A stretch of 64,000 nt of DNA, from NCBI GenBank assembly GCA_022844165.1, contig JALHMH010000026.1, forward strand, positions 1-64,000. The letters are read 5' to 3'. Below are positions 49,401 through 60,100 of the stretch, one piece after another. How positions within the stretch are numbered: position 1 is the first letter of the stretch; each line of letters begins with the position of its first letter. Below the pieces are notes generated by a model that was given only the letters and a program-made list of their open reading frames with translations, made no database searches and had not been told where the DNA came from. Made by a program: the position numbers and the translations under genes. This DNA is from Lysobacterales bacterium (lineage in GTDB: Bacteria > Pseudomonadota > Gammaproteobacteria > Xanthomonadales > SZUA-5).

Positions 49401-50745
49401 CAATGAACCGGGTAGCTATCGCCTGCGTGTGTCGATACCCGGGATTGGGCAATGGACATCAGAACTCGTTGAGGTGTCGGGCGACGAGTTTGGGTTCAAT
49501 GGGGGAACACCACTGGTCATTGGGCGTGACCTGACCTCGACGGCAATGTTGGTGAGTCGTATCGGGTTGCCGTTGGAACAAGCGCTGACGATTGTGCTCA
49601 CCAACCCGAACCCTGCCGCACTTTCCATGCCGGCAACCGTGACCTTGCCGGCACATCAGAGTGCGGTAACGGTGCCGATTCGCGGACTCGCGGCCAGTGA
49701 CTGGTCGACAGTCGAGTTCACCACCGTTGAACGCCCGGATTTGAGCTCGTCGTTCGACGTGCAAGTGATCGAACCGGTGTTTGCGGTGGAGGAGCTGGCG
49801 GATACGCGAGGCGTCGCTGGCGAACGCGATAGTGTGTACGTGCGCTGGCATGTGCCGGGATCCTATGACCAACAGCAGTTCAGCGACACGCCCGTGAATG
49901 TGCAATTGGCGCTGGTGGATCGAACACCAGCAGGTATCGTCGACGGCATCTTCAGCTCGATCAACGGCGCTGCGCAAGACGCTCAATTGACGATACCCGC
50001 GGGTCAAGCCAGCTCGCTGGTTGCAGGCGGCGGCCGTCGTTACATCGGATCGCCACAGGCGACCGGCAGCTATCGCGTGCGCTCATCTGCGGCTGGCATA
50101 GCCCCTGCCGATTCGGTGCTGCAGTCGGTCGTGATGCCGGCGTATCAATTTTCCGACTCTGTCGCATTTGTTGGGCGGCGACTGCGTGCTGAAGTTCCGA
50201 TCCGTCGAATCGTTGCAGGCAGATTCGAACCTGCCGGTTCCGCAGTTGAACTGTCGCTTTCGACAACGGCGTCAGGCTTGATCGATGTGCCCAGCAGTGT
50301 GACGCTGCTTCCCGGCCACGCATCGGTTGCCGTGCCGACGGACGGCGTGACGCTCGGCGCTCTGTTGCTCAGGGCGACCGCGCCTGGCTTCGATGCTGCC
50401 GAGACCGAAGTTCGTGTCGTTACACCTCGATTGATGATCGGCAACGTGCCCGCAAGTCTCTCGGTCGGTCAGGCGCAGAGCATCAGCGTGCGCCTGGAGG
50501 TTCCGATCAGCGCAACTCTGGCGCTGGAGAACCAGCGCCCAAGCGCACCCTTGACCGTCGACCTGACGAGCGCTGTCCCAAGTGTTGCCACGATTGTCCC
50601 ACAATTGGTGATTCCACCGACTGCCAGCGGCGTCGATGGCGCAACACTCAACGGACTTGCGCCGGGGTTTACGACCATCAGTGTCAGCGCGACCGGACTG
50701 GATGGCCAGACGAGCGGTGATATCGCGGTGAGCCGCCATGATTAA
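46453..50745 (+). CDS. Large secreted protein: right-handed beta-helix + multiple ~95-aa Ig-like repeats
   Basis: RBS GGGGGAG; signal peptide; GDWGPLKF/RYG beta-helix segment; repeated xSxxPxVAxVPxxVTIPAG...GxxxGxxTxTAS units. Confidence 0.85.
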   Translation: MRYSRQWASGFLASFFLALAGPAAGLDVSGAISSNATWRLTDSPIRVVGDVEVIGNARLTIEAGVRVEFLPNTRLDIRRGALIAVGTVVARIEMTSASTNPVPGDWGPLKFHELTFDDVAQLAFVDVRYGNGIAIERSSPRISHTHLSHHAGPAISIDLESSPVGIGLTATDNGLNGILVPAGTIVGSVRWGLVGIPYVVQQGAVIVGLPPLTLTPPTADVRVGATRTYTVGLAKAAPAGGWTFDVVSSAPSTASVPAMVTIPAGATSTTFDATGVDAGQATIAVSRLELGAAASSLTVLPPIALRIDPPDRAVGVGEEAFVTVRSDAPISGAPVEVAIESSVPGIVDVPASVILFTNQSSASIPVTGIALGTTTLTVSAPGFVAGTSTISVQSRFLRFGPLGIVRPGQTAQIEVQSSEAAPAGGLPVTLTSASPSVATIAPLVTIAEGTSSTFATVQGIARGQSTVTASSPGFQPGSASIVVDDLALGFEPTGPVTIPRGLGRDVLVRINRPAPAGGLTVTVSASSSNATVAPSIVTIPEGTLAASNVVRLTGAIDGPSLIRATAAGALDGNLSVTVSTQPQLVVNGPNPIRVARGFAFEIGVTRSGNSGPLAYAEPVVVTLSATGASRVSFPAVVTIPAGQSEARFRLVGVVVGAATLTASATGYTPSSARAIEVGEPRLFLSSLDTQRIVGAARDDFSVRLDVANGFGQLAPVDIDIGVATSAANPPNVIEGIFPAISGGNLINTVRVRTGTQISTAAFVGSPTAAGTYQIAANLPSAPSVFSDTQTVVASAPRLEFDSEQTSISVGRGLRRKVPLYLRHAGVPVALANDLPISLQSSTADVTVPSVVILPAGESSIEIPIDGVALGAAEVSASAPDVDPTEQALNVEVVEASLRFDQFFATSQIIGTPRVPVSLIFDDGVSNQDRSVMIELIERDPENVVPGLFAEATGATALGPWQLSEDSPQPTNSAGGPYFYVGSANEPGSYRLRVSIPGIGQWTSELVEVSGDEFGFNGGTPLVIGRDLTSTAMLVSRIGLPLEQALTIVLTNPNPAALSMPATVTLPAHQSAVTVPIRGLAASDWSTVEFTTVERPDLSSSFDVQVIEPVFAVEELADTRGVAGERDSVYVRWHVPGSYDQQQFSDTPVNVQLALVDRTPAGIVDGIFSSINGAAQDAQLTIPAGQASSLVAGGGRRYIGSPQATGSYRVRSSAAGIAPADSVLQSVVMPAYQFSDSVAFVGRRLRAEVPIRRIVAGRFEPAGSAVELSLSTTASGLIDVPSSVTLLPGHASVAVPTDGVTLGALLLRATAPGFDAAETEVRVVTPRLMIGNVPASLSVGQAQSISVRLEVPISATLALENQRPSAPLTVDLTSAVPSVATIVPQLVIPPTASGVDGATLNGLAPGFTTISVSATGLDGQTSGDIAVSRHD

Positions 50746-53700
50746 TCTTGGTGCGATGGCGTTACGTCAAGACACTCCCGGCTACGCTGAAGCGTTCGGC
50801 AGGAAGTACCTGACGTCGGCGACGCTCCCTGTGTCGCGCAGCGGCTGTATCTGCGCCGGTTTGCCGCGAGGTCGCGCCAGGCTCTGGCCCGCAGTGTTGT
50901 TGTGTATACCGATTTTCGCGCAGGCGGCGGACCTGACGCTGAGCGACGGCGTTGTCGTCAAGTTCGGCGGCGATGCCGAGCTGATTTCGCGCGATACATT
51001 GCGCACCGAGGGGCAGGTGGTGTTCACCAGCCTGCACGATTCGACTGTCGGTGGTGCGACGTTGGTCAACGGGCCGGCACCCCAGCCCGGCGACTGGAAA
51101 GGCATCGAACTGGCTCCCGGCGCCCTGGTCGCCGACACGCGTCTCGACAATGCCGAGATACGTTATGCCGGTGCGGGTCAAGCCGGTGGCGGATTGCGTT
51201 TCTCGCGCCTCGCGTACACCTTCGAGAACCTGAGGCTGTGGCGCAACACCATCGGCATTCGCGCCAGTCTCGGCGGAGTAGCGGCGATCGCGGAGAGTCG
51301 ATTTGCCGAAAACGGTATTGGCGTGATCGCTGATACAGGGGCTACCCCACACATTGTGGCCTCCGAACTATTCACCAACACCACTCTTGGCGTGCAGAAC
51401 CTGGCGCCCGTCAATGTGCTTCTGGCGCGCGGCAATTGGTGGGGGCATCCCAGCGGCCCGGCCGATCCGATCGCCAATCCCGCGGGCCAGGGCGATGCTG
51501 TCACCGCTGGCGTCGACTACGGCCAATTCCTGACCGCACCGCCTCTGCTGCGCTGCACAGTGCGTGCAGCGGACCATGTCTACAACGTTATTCGGCGAAC
51601 CGTGACGGTGGCTCTGGCATGCCGCAACGCGATCGAGTACCGGCTCTCGGAAAGTACCGCCTTCAGCGAGCCGTTTGCGCCCATGGCAAGCACGGGCACG
51701 TTCAGATTGTCGCCATCGCCCGGGAGCAAAACGGTCTACGCGGAGTATCGCGGCGCATTGGGGCAAACGCGCGTCGTGCAGATACCGCAGCCCTTTGTCT
51801 ATACGCCGACGACGCCGCTGGTGACGTTTCAGGCACCGGCAGCCAATGCGGCACTCTCCGAAAACACAACCATCCGTGTCACGGCGACCGATCCCCTTGG
51901 CATCGTCGGTGTCGAATTTCGCGCCAACGATTGGGTTCTGGGCAGCGATAACGAGGCACCGTACGAGTGGCCTTGGGACATCTCCGCGATCCCGGACGGA
52001 CCGTACACGCTGACGGCGATCGCCACCAACAGCGACGAACGCAGCGGTCAGACCTCGCGCCAGGTACGCATCGAACGTCTGGAACCACAGCCCGACAGCT
52101 ATACCTTCCCCGAAGGCGAGGTGCTGTTCGTCGGCGCGCCAGGCCTGTTGGCGAACGACCAGACAGGTACCGGTGCGACCATTGAAGTGACGCAACAACC
52201 CAGTTGGGGCGTGCTCAATGTCGCCAACGATGGCAGTTTCGTGTATCGCCCGGACACGACGGACCGCAATGGCACAACGACGTTTCGTTATCGCCTGCGC
52301 TTAGGCGCACAAGCGTCGCCAGCGGTCGCCGTGACTTTGAACGTCACGGCGGTCAACGATTCTCCTGAGGCCAGGGACGATCTATACCTGACCGATGAAA
52401 ACGTCGGTCTGGATATCGCCGCCCCCGGCGTTTTGGAGAACGACACAGATGTGGACAGCGCCGGACTGATCGCCGAGTTGGTGGTGGGTCCAACGCGCGG
52501 CACGCTGCTGTTGCGTGCCAATGGCTCGTTCAACTATGTGCCAGAGGTCAATTTCGTCGGCCAGGACGAGTTCTTTTACCGTGTGCGCGATCCGGAAGGC
52601 GCAATCGCGCAAGCCACTGTCATTCTCAATGTCACCCAGCCGCCGACCGCGACCAACGACGTCTATTTGTTGGATGTCAATCAGTTTCTTGAGGTGCTCG
52701 ATGCGCAACAGGGGATCATTGCGAACGATCTCGATCCGCCCGAAGACGACCCGCTGACGGCGCTGCTGGTGACGCCACCGGCCAATGGCACTTTGATCCT
52801 GCAGACCAACGGCACCTTCACCTATCGACCCAACAGCGATTTCCAAGGCCTCGATCCCTTTACCTATCGGGTGACCGATGGCCGCTCAAGCTCGAATCTG
52901 GCGACGGTCACCCTGGCCGTTGGCGTCACCGGCCTGCCACGTGGCGTCAATGACGCCTACCAAGGCACAGAAGATCAGGAACTGGTGGTCAATGCGGCCA
53001 ACGGTGTGCTCGCCAACGACACCGATGCCGACACGCCGCGTGAGGAACTCGAAGTGTTCCTGGTGGCCTATGACAGCAGTTTCCCGGATGGCGCGTTTAC
53101 CGACCGTAATCAAATCACACTGAATCTCGACGGCAGCTTCAGCGTCCGGCCGCGTGCCAACTTTAACGGCCCCACCTGGTTTTTGTACGAAATATATGAC
53201 GGCACCAGTCGCAGCAACGCCACGCGGGTCGACCTCGACATCCAACGGGTTAACGACGGGGTGATGGCCGAAGATGATGTGTACGGCACGCGGCGGAATG
53301 AACTGCTGCGCGTGCCGTCTGCCGGGCGCAATCACATCAATCGCAATGATCGCTACGACGATGATTTTGCAGTGGCTTACGAAACGGTCGGCACGCCGCC
53401 GATCGGCACCGTGACCTGGGGTGCCGGCGGCAGTTTCACCTATGCACCGCCGCAGGATTTTGCGGGATTCGATGAGTTTACCTATCGCGTGTATCAAGTC
53501 GAAACGGGCATCGCCGATACCGCACTGGTGCGTATCCGGACGAATGCACCACCAGTGGGTGTTGCCGACGTGTACACCGTCGATGAAGACACTGTCACCA
53601 TCGTGACGCCGTCGGTATTGACCAACGACAGCGACCCGGATGGCGATCCGATTCGCACGACCAGCCTGGGTGTGGGCGGGCGCGACAGCTTTTACGCCCA

Positions 53701-56700
53701 GGTGTCATGGAACGACGCCGCCAATCCCACACAGACCCGGATCGAGACCCGCTTCCATTTCTACGGAACGCTGCAAGCGATGTGGTACTCCGTGACCGAT
53801 GGTATCGATACGACCCTGGTGCCTGTCACGGTGCAAGTACGTCCGATACCGGATGCGCCGATCGCGGCAGCAGACAATTACCTGACGCAACGCAACACCA
53901 CCTTGACCATCAGCGATCCTGCCCAGGGGATTTTTCGCAACGACCACGATCCTGATGCGCGATCCGGTCCGTCAGCAGCACCGTGGGTCGGCGTGCAGCC
54001 AATCGATCTTTTGCCCTGGACCATGCGGCTGCTGCAAACCACGGCACACGGCACGTTGACATTGAACAACGATGGCACCTTCGCCTACGTCCCGAAAACC
54101 GGTTACTCCGGCATCGACGAGTTTCGCTATGAGCTGACCGATGCCACCGGCCTGACCAGCACGCCAGCTGTTGTACGCATTCGCGTCAACACACCGCCGA
54201 CAACGGCAACCGACAATTATTCGCTCGACGAGGACACAGTGCTCGTCGTGCCCGCGGCGCAAGGCGTGCTGGTCAATGACGCCGATATCGATGGCGACAC
54301 GCTGTTTGCATCAGCACGAATCATCCAACCCTGCGCTCCTTGCCGCGGGCGGGTGACCGTTCGCTTCGATGGCGGATTTACCTATACGCCGGACGCCAAC
54401 GATTTTGGTTCCGACAGTTTCGGCTATTGGGCGACCGACCCTTTCCAGACTTCCTCCACTGGCCATGTCAATCTGACCATCCTGCCAGTCAACGACGCAC
54501 CGATTAGCGAACCCGATAGTTACCGCATCGACGAAGACACCGTGCTGCTCGCCGCCGCAGCGCTCGGTGTGCTGCGCAACGACGAGGAAGTCGACGGTGA
54601 AGATCTGATCAACGCCACCCTGGTGCGTGCGCCGCAGCATGGCGCAGTGGTGCTCGAGAACGATGGTGGATTGAGCTATACACCGAATGAAAATTACAAC
54701 GGCATCGACACCTTCCGCTACCGCGTTTACGACGAATCGAATCTTTGGGACGAAAGCGACGTGACCATCATCATCGATCCGGTCAACGACGCGCCGATAG
54801 CGGTTGATGACAGCTACAACGTCGATCAAGATCGGACGCTCACCGTCTCCGCAGCGCAGGGCGTTTTGGTCAACGATCGCGATGTCGATGGTCCTGGCCT
54901 GACGGCGGCCCTGACCACGCCGCCGCAACATGGCAGCGTCTCGTTGGCTGCATCCGGCGGCTTCACCTATCAGCCGAATGGTGTGTTTTCCGGCATCGAT
55001 CGATTTCAGTATCAGGTCAGCGATGGCTTGGATGGAGTTTCATCGGCGACGGTCGTGATCAACGTGCGCAACGTGACCAGCCCGGTTGAGATCACTGTGG
55101 TTGATGATGTGTACACTGTCGACGGCGCCAGTTTTGTTGCCGCAGCACCCGGCGTACTGGCGAACGATAGCGTCACCAACGGGCCACCGTTGACGGCAGC
55201 GCTTGTCAGCGCACCCGATCGCGGCACGGTCACACTGAACGCGGACGGCGCTTTTGAGTATGCAGCACCAGCGAATTATCAAGGTACGACCACTTTCACC
55301 TATGCGGCAAGCTCGGATGGCGTATCCGAGTTGGGCCTTGTCACATTGCACGTCGACAACCTCGGCAACCAACCTCCTGTTGCGGTGGGCGAGCAGTTTG
55401 GCGTGCTCGAAGACCAGGTGCTCGATTCGCGTTCGGCGGGCGGTTTGCTGGGCAACGACGACGATCCCGAGGGTGCGCCGCTGCGCTTTGTCTTGGTGCA
55501 GAGCCCGGTGCACGGCGTACTCGAGGCTGAGGTCGATGGCGAGTTCAGCTATACGCCGGCGCCGAACTTTCACGGCACCGATCCGTTTCGCTACCGCGTG
55601 TCGGATGGCGAACTGCTATCGAATACCGTCGTCGCTGCGATCACCGTGTTCCCGCAGAACGACGCGCCGGTGGCGATCGACGACAGCTATCAGGTGCAAC
55701 GCGATCAAACTCTCAGCGTACCGGCGCCAGGCGTGCTCGGCAACGACAGCGATGTCGATGGCGATGCGCTCAGCGTGGAACTGGTCGATGCGCCGCTGCA
55801 TGGGCAATTACAGATGGCCGCCAACGGCGGCTTTAGCTATCAGCCGCTGCCGGGATTTACCGGTGCCGATCGTTTCCGCTACGCCGTCACCGATGGCAGC
55901 GCGCGCGATGTGAGTCAAGTGACGGTGCAGGTGACGGCGCCCGGCAATCGTCCGCCGTTAGCCGTTGGCGAGAGCTACACGCTCTCCGAAGACGCCCCGC
56001 TCGCCAGCGGTGGCGCGGTGCCTGGGTTGCTGGCAAACGACAGCGATCCCGATGGCGATTTGTTGCAGGTGCAAATCGTGACTCCGCCGACGCATGGCGA
56101 ACTGCTGATCGATGGCGCCAACTTCCGCTACACGCCGGACGCCGATTATTTTGGCAGCGACCAGTTCAGTTACCGCGTTTACGATGGCGCGTTGCACAGC
56201 GAAGCGGTGGTCACAACACTGACTATTCTGTCGGTCAACGATGCGCCTTTAGCGGAAACGGACCTGTACCTGACCACACAAGGTACGGCGCTCAATGTCT
56301 CCGCAGCGCAAGGTGTGCTCGCCAACGACAGCGACGCCGAGGGCGACCCGCTGAGTGCCAGCATGGCGACGGAACCGGCACATGGGCAGGTAAACCTGGC
56401 TGCATCCGGTGCTTTCATTTACACACCCAACGCCAGCTTCTTCGGTCGCGACGAGTTCGAATATCGCGTATCCGACGGCAACGCCCACGCCATCGGCCGC
56501 GTCGCCATCGACGTCACACGCGCCGCCAATCAACGACCGATCGCCGTCGGCGAGAGTTTTGTGCTTCCCGAAGATACCGTGCTCGATACCACACAATTGG
56601 AGAGCCTGCTGGCGAACGATTCTGATCCGGAAGGCCAGGCGCTGAGCCTGCGCGTGTTGCAACCGCCGGCGCGCGGCACGTTGACGCAACTGCCGGGTGG

Positions 56701-57157
56701 CCATGTCCGGTATGTGCCGCAACGCGACGATACGGGCATTGTTCACTTCGACTATGTGGTCCACGATGGCGAGTTGGATTCGCTGCCGGCGCGAGTGCAG
56801 ATACAACTGATGTCGGTCAACGATCCGCCGCAGGCCAACCCGGATGTCTACCAGTTGCCGGCGAACGAGCCGGTGCTGATTCGCGACACCAGTCAGGGCT
56901 TGCTCGCCAACGATGTCGATCCCGACGGCGACACTTTGGTCGCAACGGTCACCACACCGCCGGCGAGCGGCGTGCTGCAACTGAGTCTCGATGGCTCTTT
57001 CAGCTACACACCTGCCATGCCGCGACCGGCGAGTGTCAGTTTTGTCTACCGGGTGCGCGATCCTGCGGGGCTGGAGTCCAGCGCAACCGTAACCATCGTA
57101 CTCGGCGGCACGCCTGCTGATGAGTTGTTCCGCAATGGCTTTGAGGAGCCGCGCTGA
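50738..57157 (+). CDS. Giant secreted adhesin-like protein: beta-helix, Ig-like domain and 17 tandem-95/Big_9 (cadherin-like) repeats
   Basis: 17 units of NxxPxAxxDxY...GVLxNDxDxDGD...P.HG.L...DG.F.Y.P...F.G.D.F.Y counted by eye; ends DELFRNGFEEPR; start uncertain. Confidence 0.9.
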   Translation: MINLGAMALRQDTPGYAEAFGRKYLTSATLPVSRSGCICAGLPRGRARLWPAVLLCIPIFAQAADLTLSDGVVVKFGGDAELISRDTLRTEGQVVFTSLHDSTVGGATLVNGPAPQPGDWKGIELAPGALVADTRLDNAEIRYAGAGQAGGGLRFSRLAYTFENLRLWRNTIGIRASLGGVAAIAESRFAENGIGVIADTGATPHIVASELFTNTTLGVQNLAPVNVLLARGNWWGHPSGPADPIANPAGQGDAVTAGVDYGQFLTAPPLLRCTVRAADHVYNVIRRTVTVALACRNAIEYRLSESTAFSEPFAPMASTGTFRLSPSPGSKTVYAEYRGALGQTRVVQIPQPFVYTPTTPLVTFQAPAANAALSENTTIRVTATDPLGIVGVEFRANDWVLGSDNEAPYEWPWDISAIPDGPYTLTAIATNSDERSGQTSRQVRIERLEPQPDSYTFPEGEVLFVGAPGLLANDQTGTGATIEVTQQPSWGVLNVANDGSFVYRPDTTDRNGTTTFRYRLRLGAQASPAVAVTLNVTAVNDSPEARDDLYLTDENVGLDIAAPGVLENDTDVDSAGLIAELVVGPTRGTLLLRANGSFNYVPEVNFVGQDEFFYRVRDPEGAIAQATVILNVTQPPTATNDVYLLDVNQFLEVLDAQQGIIANDLDPPEDDPLTALLVTPPANGTLILQTNGTFTYRPNSDFQGLDPFTYRVTDGRSSSNLATVTLAVGVTGLPRGVNDAYQGTEDQELVVNAANGVLANDTDADTPREELEVFLVAYDSSFPDGAFTDRNQITLNLDGSFSVRPRANFNGPTWFLYEIYDGTSRSNATRVDLDIQRVNDGVMAEDDVYGTRRNELLRVPSAGRNHINRNDRYDDDFAVAYETVGTPPIGTVTWGAGGSFTYAPPQDFAGFDEFTYRVYQVETGIADTALVRIRTNAPPVGVADVYTVDEDTVTIVTPSVLTNDSDPDGDPIRTTSLGVGGRDSFYAQVSWNDAANPTQTRIETRFHFYGTLQAMWYSVTDGIDTTLVPVTVQVRPIPDAPIAAADNYLTQRNTTLTISDPAQGIFRNDHDPDARSGPSAAPWVGVQPIDLLPWTMRLLQTTAHGTLTLNNDGTFAYVPKTGYSGIDEFRYELTDATGLTSTPAVVRIRVNTPPTTATDNYSLDEDTVLVVPAAQGVLVNDADIDGDTLFASARIIQPCAPCRGRVTVRFDGGFTYTPDANDFGSDSFGYWATDPFQTSSTGHVNLTILPVNDAPISEPDSYRIDEDTVLLAAAALGVLRNDEEVDGEDLINATLVRAPQHGAVVLENDGGLSYTPNENYNGIDTFRYRVYDESNLWDESDVTIIIDPVNDAPIAVDDSYNVDQDRTLTVSAAQGVLVNDRDVDGPGLTAALTTPPQHGSVSLAASGGFTYQPNGVFSGIDRFQYQVSDGLDGVSSATVVINVRNVTSPVEITVVDDVYTVDGASFVAAAPGVLANDSVTNGPPLTAALVSAPDRGTVTLNADGAFEYAAPANYQGTTTFTYAASSDGVSELGLVTLHVDNLGNQPPVAVGEQFGVLEDQVLDSRSAGGLLGNDDDPEGAPLRFVLVQSPVHGVLEAEVDGEFSYTPAPNFHGTDPFRYRVSDGELLSNTVVAAITVFPQNDAPVAIDDSYQVQRDQTLSVPAPGVLGNDSDVDGDALSVELVDAPLHGQLQMAANGGFSYQPLPGFTGADRFRYAVTDGSARDVSQVTVQVTAPGNRPPLAVGESYTLSEDAPLASGGAVPGLLANDSDPDGDLLQVQIVTPPTHGELLIDGANFRYTPDADYFGSDQFSYRVYDGALHSEAVVTTLTILSVNDAPLAETDLYLTTQGTALNVSAAQGVLANDSDAEGDPLSASMATEPAHGQVNLAASGAFIYTPNASFFGRDEFEYRVSDGNAHAIGRVAIDVTRAANQRPIAVGESFVLPEDTVLDTTQLESLLANDSDPEGQALSLRVLQPPARGTLTQLPGGHVRYVPQRDDTGIVHFDYVVHDGELDSLPARVQIQLMSVNDPPQANPDVYQLPANEPVLIRDTSQGLLANDVDPDGDTLVATVTTPPASGVLQLSLDGSFSYTPAMPRPASVSFVYRVRDPAGLESSATVTIVLGGTPADELFRNGFEEPR

Positions 57158-60100
57158 TGCGACATTGGAGTTTATTGCTGATCCTGATCTGCTGGCTGGC
57201 GGCGCCAGCGCAGGCGAACGTCGGTGCGGCCATCGCCTGGCTGGATGCGCGCGAAAACGCGGCAGAGGGCGTGCATCGCAGCGACGATCTTGCCAATCGC
57301 GTCGATACCAACGCCGAAGCGCTGCTGACCGCGCAGCGGCTGTCGCTGGCGGCGCAGTTTCCGCTGGTCGCCGAACGTGCGATCAACGATGTCGGCGTTG
57401 GCAGCTACGCATTGGCACGTCAGGCGCGTTTGCGCCTCGATCGCGGTCAATCGGCAGCGGCGCAGATCGCAGCGCTGCTCGCACAGCAGAACGCCGATGG
57501 CGGTTTTCCGCCGGCCCCGGGATTGCAAAGTGAAGCCGTCACCAGTGCCTACGCCATCCTCGCGCTGGAACGGGCCGGGCAAGGTGGCGGTACACCGGTG
57601 GCGCGCGCGGTGGGCTATTTGATTGCGTCGCAGCAAACCGACGGCGGATTTCTCTCGGCGCCCGGCAATACCGGTAGTGTGTTCGCCACGGCCGACGTTG
57701 CGATGGCTTTCGCACAAATTCGGGACCGATTCAACCTGACCGTTCCAGTGACGCGATCGATCGCGTTCCTGTTGGGCCGTCAGCGGCCCGACCAGAGCTT
57801 TGGGGCGGCATTCGAGTCGGGCCTGGCGATCGACGCACTGTTGGCGCTGCGCGCCGATCGCACGCCATTGCTCGGTGCGGTGCAAGCATTGACCGCACGG
57901 CAACGAGCCGATGGCAGTTTCGACGGCGATGCGTTTGTGACCGCGATTGTGGCGCGCGCGCTGTGGCAATACGGCCAGCCCGATGTCCCACCCAGCAGCG
58001 CCGGGCTGAGCGGTCGAGTCCTGGCCGCAGCCACCGATTTGCCGATTCAGGGCGCGACGCTGGCGTTGACGGGTACCGCCAACGTCAACCTCACGAGCAA
58101 CAACCAGGGGCGTTTGCAATCCACGACGTTGAGCCCGGGGCCCTATCAGGCAAGGCTGAGCTTTCCGGGCATGCGCGATGTGCTGTTCGCACTCACCATT
58201 CAGCCGTCGCGCGTTTTGGACTTGGGCGATCTACGGATGACGCAGGGCACCACGCCGCAGGACGACTTCGCGATTATTCGCGGTACGGTGACCTCCAGCG
58301 AAAGTGGCGCACCGATTGCGGCTGCGCAGCTGCGAATACTGGCACCGAGCAGCAGCGTCGCCAGCGACGCCGACGGACGTTATCAGTTCTTACAGGTCGC
58401 GCCGGGCGACATCACGATCGCCGTCAGTGCCGAAGGTTATTCGAGCCAACAGTCCACCCTGAACGTGGTCGCGCGTGGGTTAGTCGATTTGTCGTTTGCA
58501 TTGACGCCACAGGCCAGCACAATCAACGGCGCGCTGATTCGTGGCACAGTGCTGCACGGCCAGACCAGTGCGCCGCTGGCCGGCGTGGAAATCGCCGTGA
58601 CCGCTGGTGCGCCACCGGTGGCAACGCTGACCGGCGCCGATGGCAGCTACAGTCTGGCCACAGCGGCTGGCGCCCTGGTCTCGATTCGCGCCACCAAGGC
58701 CGAATTCGACACGGTCACGGCGCAGACGCCGCTGATCGACAACCAGCAGCTGGTATTTTCCCCACGGCTTTACCCGACGGGGACGACGCCCGCCGATGGC
58801 AATACGGCGCGCATCAGCGGCCGCATCGTCAATCAGGGCAATCGACGGCCGATCCGAAACGCGTCGATCAGCGCCACTTACCCTGGTGGACAACGCATTG
58901 TCGTCAGCGAGAGCAACGGCAGCTTCGTTTTGTCGGGCGTCAATGGTCCGACAGTGCAACTGGCGATCACGGCCGATGCCCATGAGCCGGCAACGCTGTT
59001 GGTTCCGATTCTGCCGTTGCAGCAGCGCGACTTGGGCAATATCGGCTTGAAGCCCACCACGGTCGACTATTACTTACCGGATATGCGTATCGTCGCATCG
59101 ACGTTGGCCTCCAGCGATCCCGATACCTTTGCGCTCAACAGCCAGTTCACCGTTGAGGTGGCCAACAGCGGCAATGCCGTGGTCACGCAGGACTTCACCC
59201 TGCTCGCGTTCATCGACGCGAACGGCAACGGTGTTTTCGACCCGGCCTCCGAACCTGAGGTCGGTCGGGTCCGCGTTGACGACGACGTCACCATTGGCGG
59301 CAGCGTCGAGGTCGACATCGCGGTCAATGCCCAGCTGAATTTCCGCGATGCGCCGGTAGCGTTCTGGGTCGACGCCGAAAACGAAGTGATTGAAATCGAC
59401 AACGACAACAACGTCGGTTCGAGCTTGCTCGGTTGCCGGAAGACGCCGGTACCCGTGTCGCAAAGCGCAGTGCGCGAAAAGTGGCACTGGCGAGGATTGT
59501 CCAGCAACCCAGAGATCAACTCCTTGCAGCAGGCAATTTCGGTGGCGCAGCTGACCGATGACAATGGCGATGGCGTGATCGACGAACACGACATCCCGGA
59601 TGTCGTGTTCACGGCCGGGGAACGATTGGTTTTCGAGCCGGTCCGCATGGCCCTGGTCGCATTGAACGGCGACACCGGTAGCGAAATCTGGTCGCGAACC
59701 GATTTCCGCTTCTCGAATTCTTCCGCGACCGCGATTGGCGACATCGACAACGACGGCATCGCCGAGATCATCGCGATCACCGACTATCGCAATGAAATCC
59801 TCGCCTTCGAGCACGACGGCACGCTCAAGTGGCGCCGGCTCATCGGCGGCCCGGCAGTGCCCGATCCCCGGCCGCTCTCACCGCGATTCACCGCTGATGC
59901 ACCGATCATCGTCAATCTCGATGGCGATCAAGAGGCGGAGATCATCCTCGGACGTAAGGCCTTTCGTGGTCTGACCGGTGAGTTGTTGTGGGAAGGACAA
60001 CACGATGCGGGCGGCGATGGTGGGCTGCCAACAGGGCTGCCGCTACAGGTGGCGTTTGGCGTGGCATCGATTGCCGCTGACGTTAACCTCGATGGGGTGA

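Noticed and set aside
57217-57980. Squalene-hopene cyclase or alpha-2-macroglobulin
   Set aside because: No DxDD or CxEQ motif; it is a single short domain within a secreted repeat protein.
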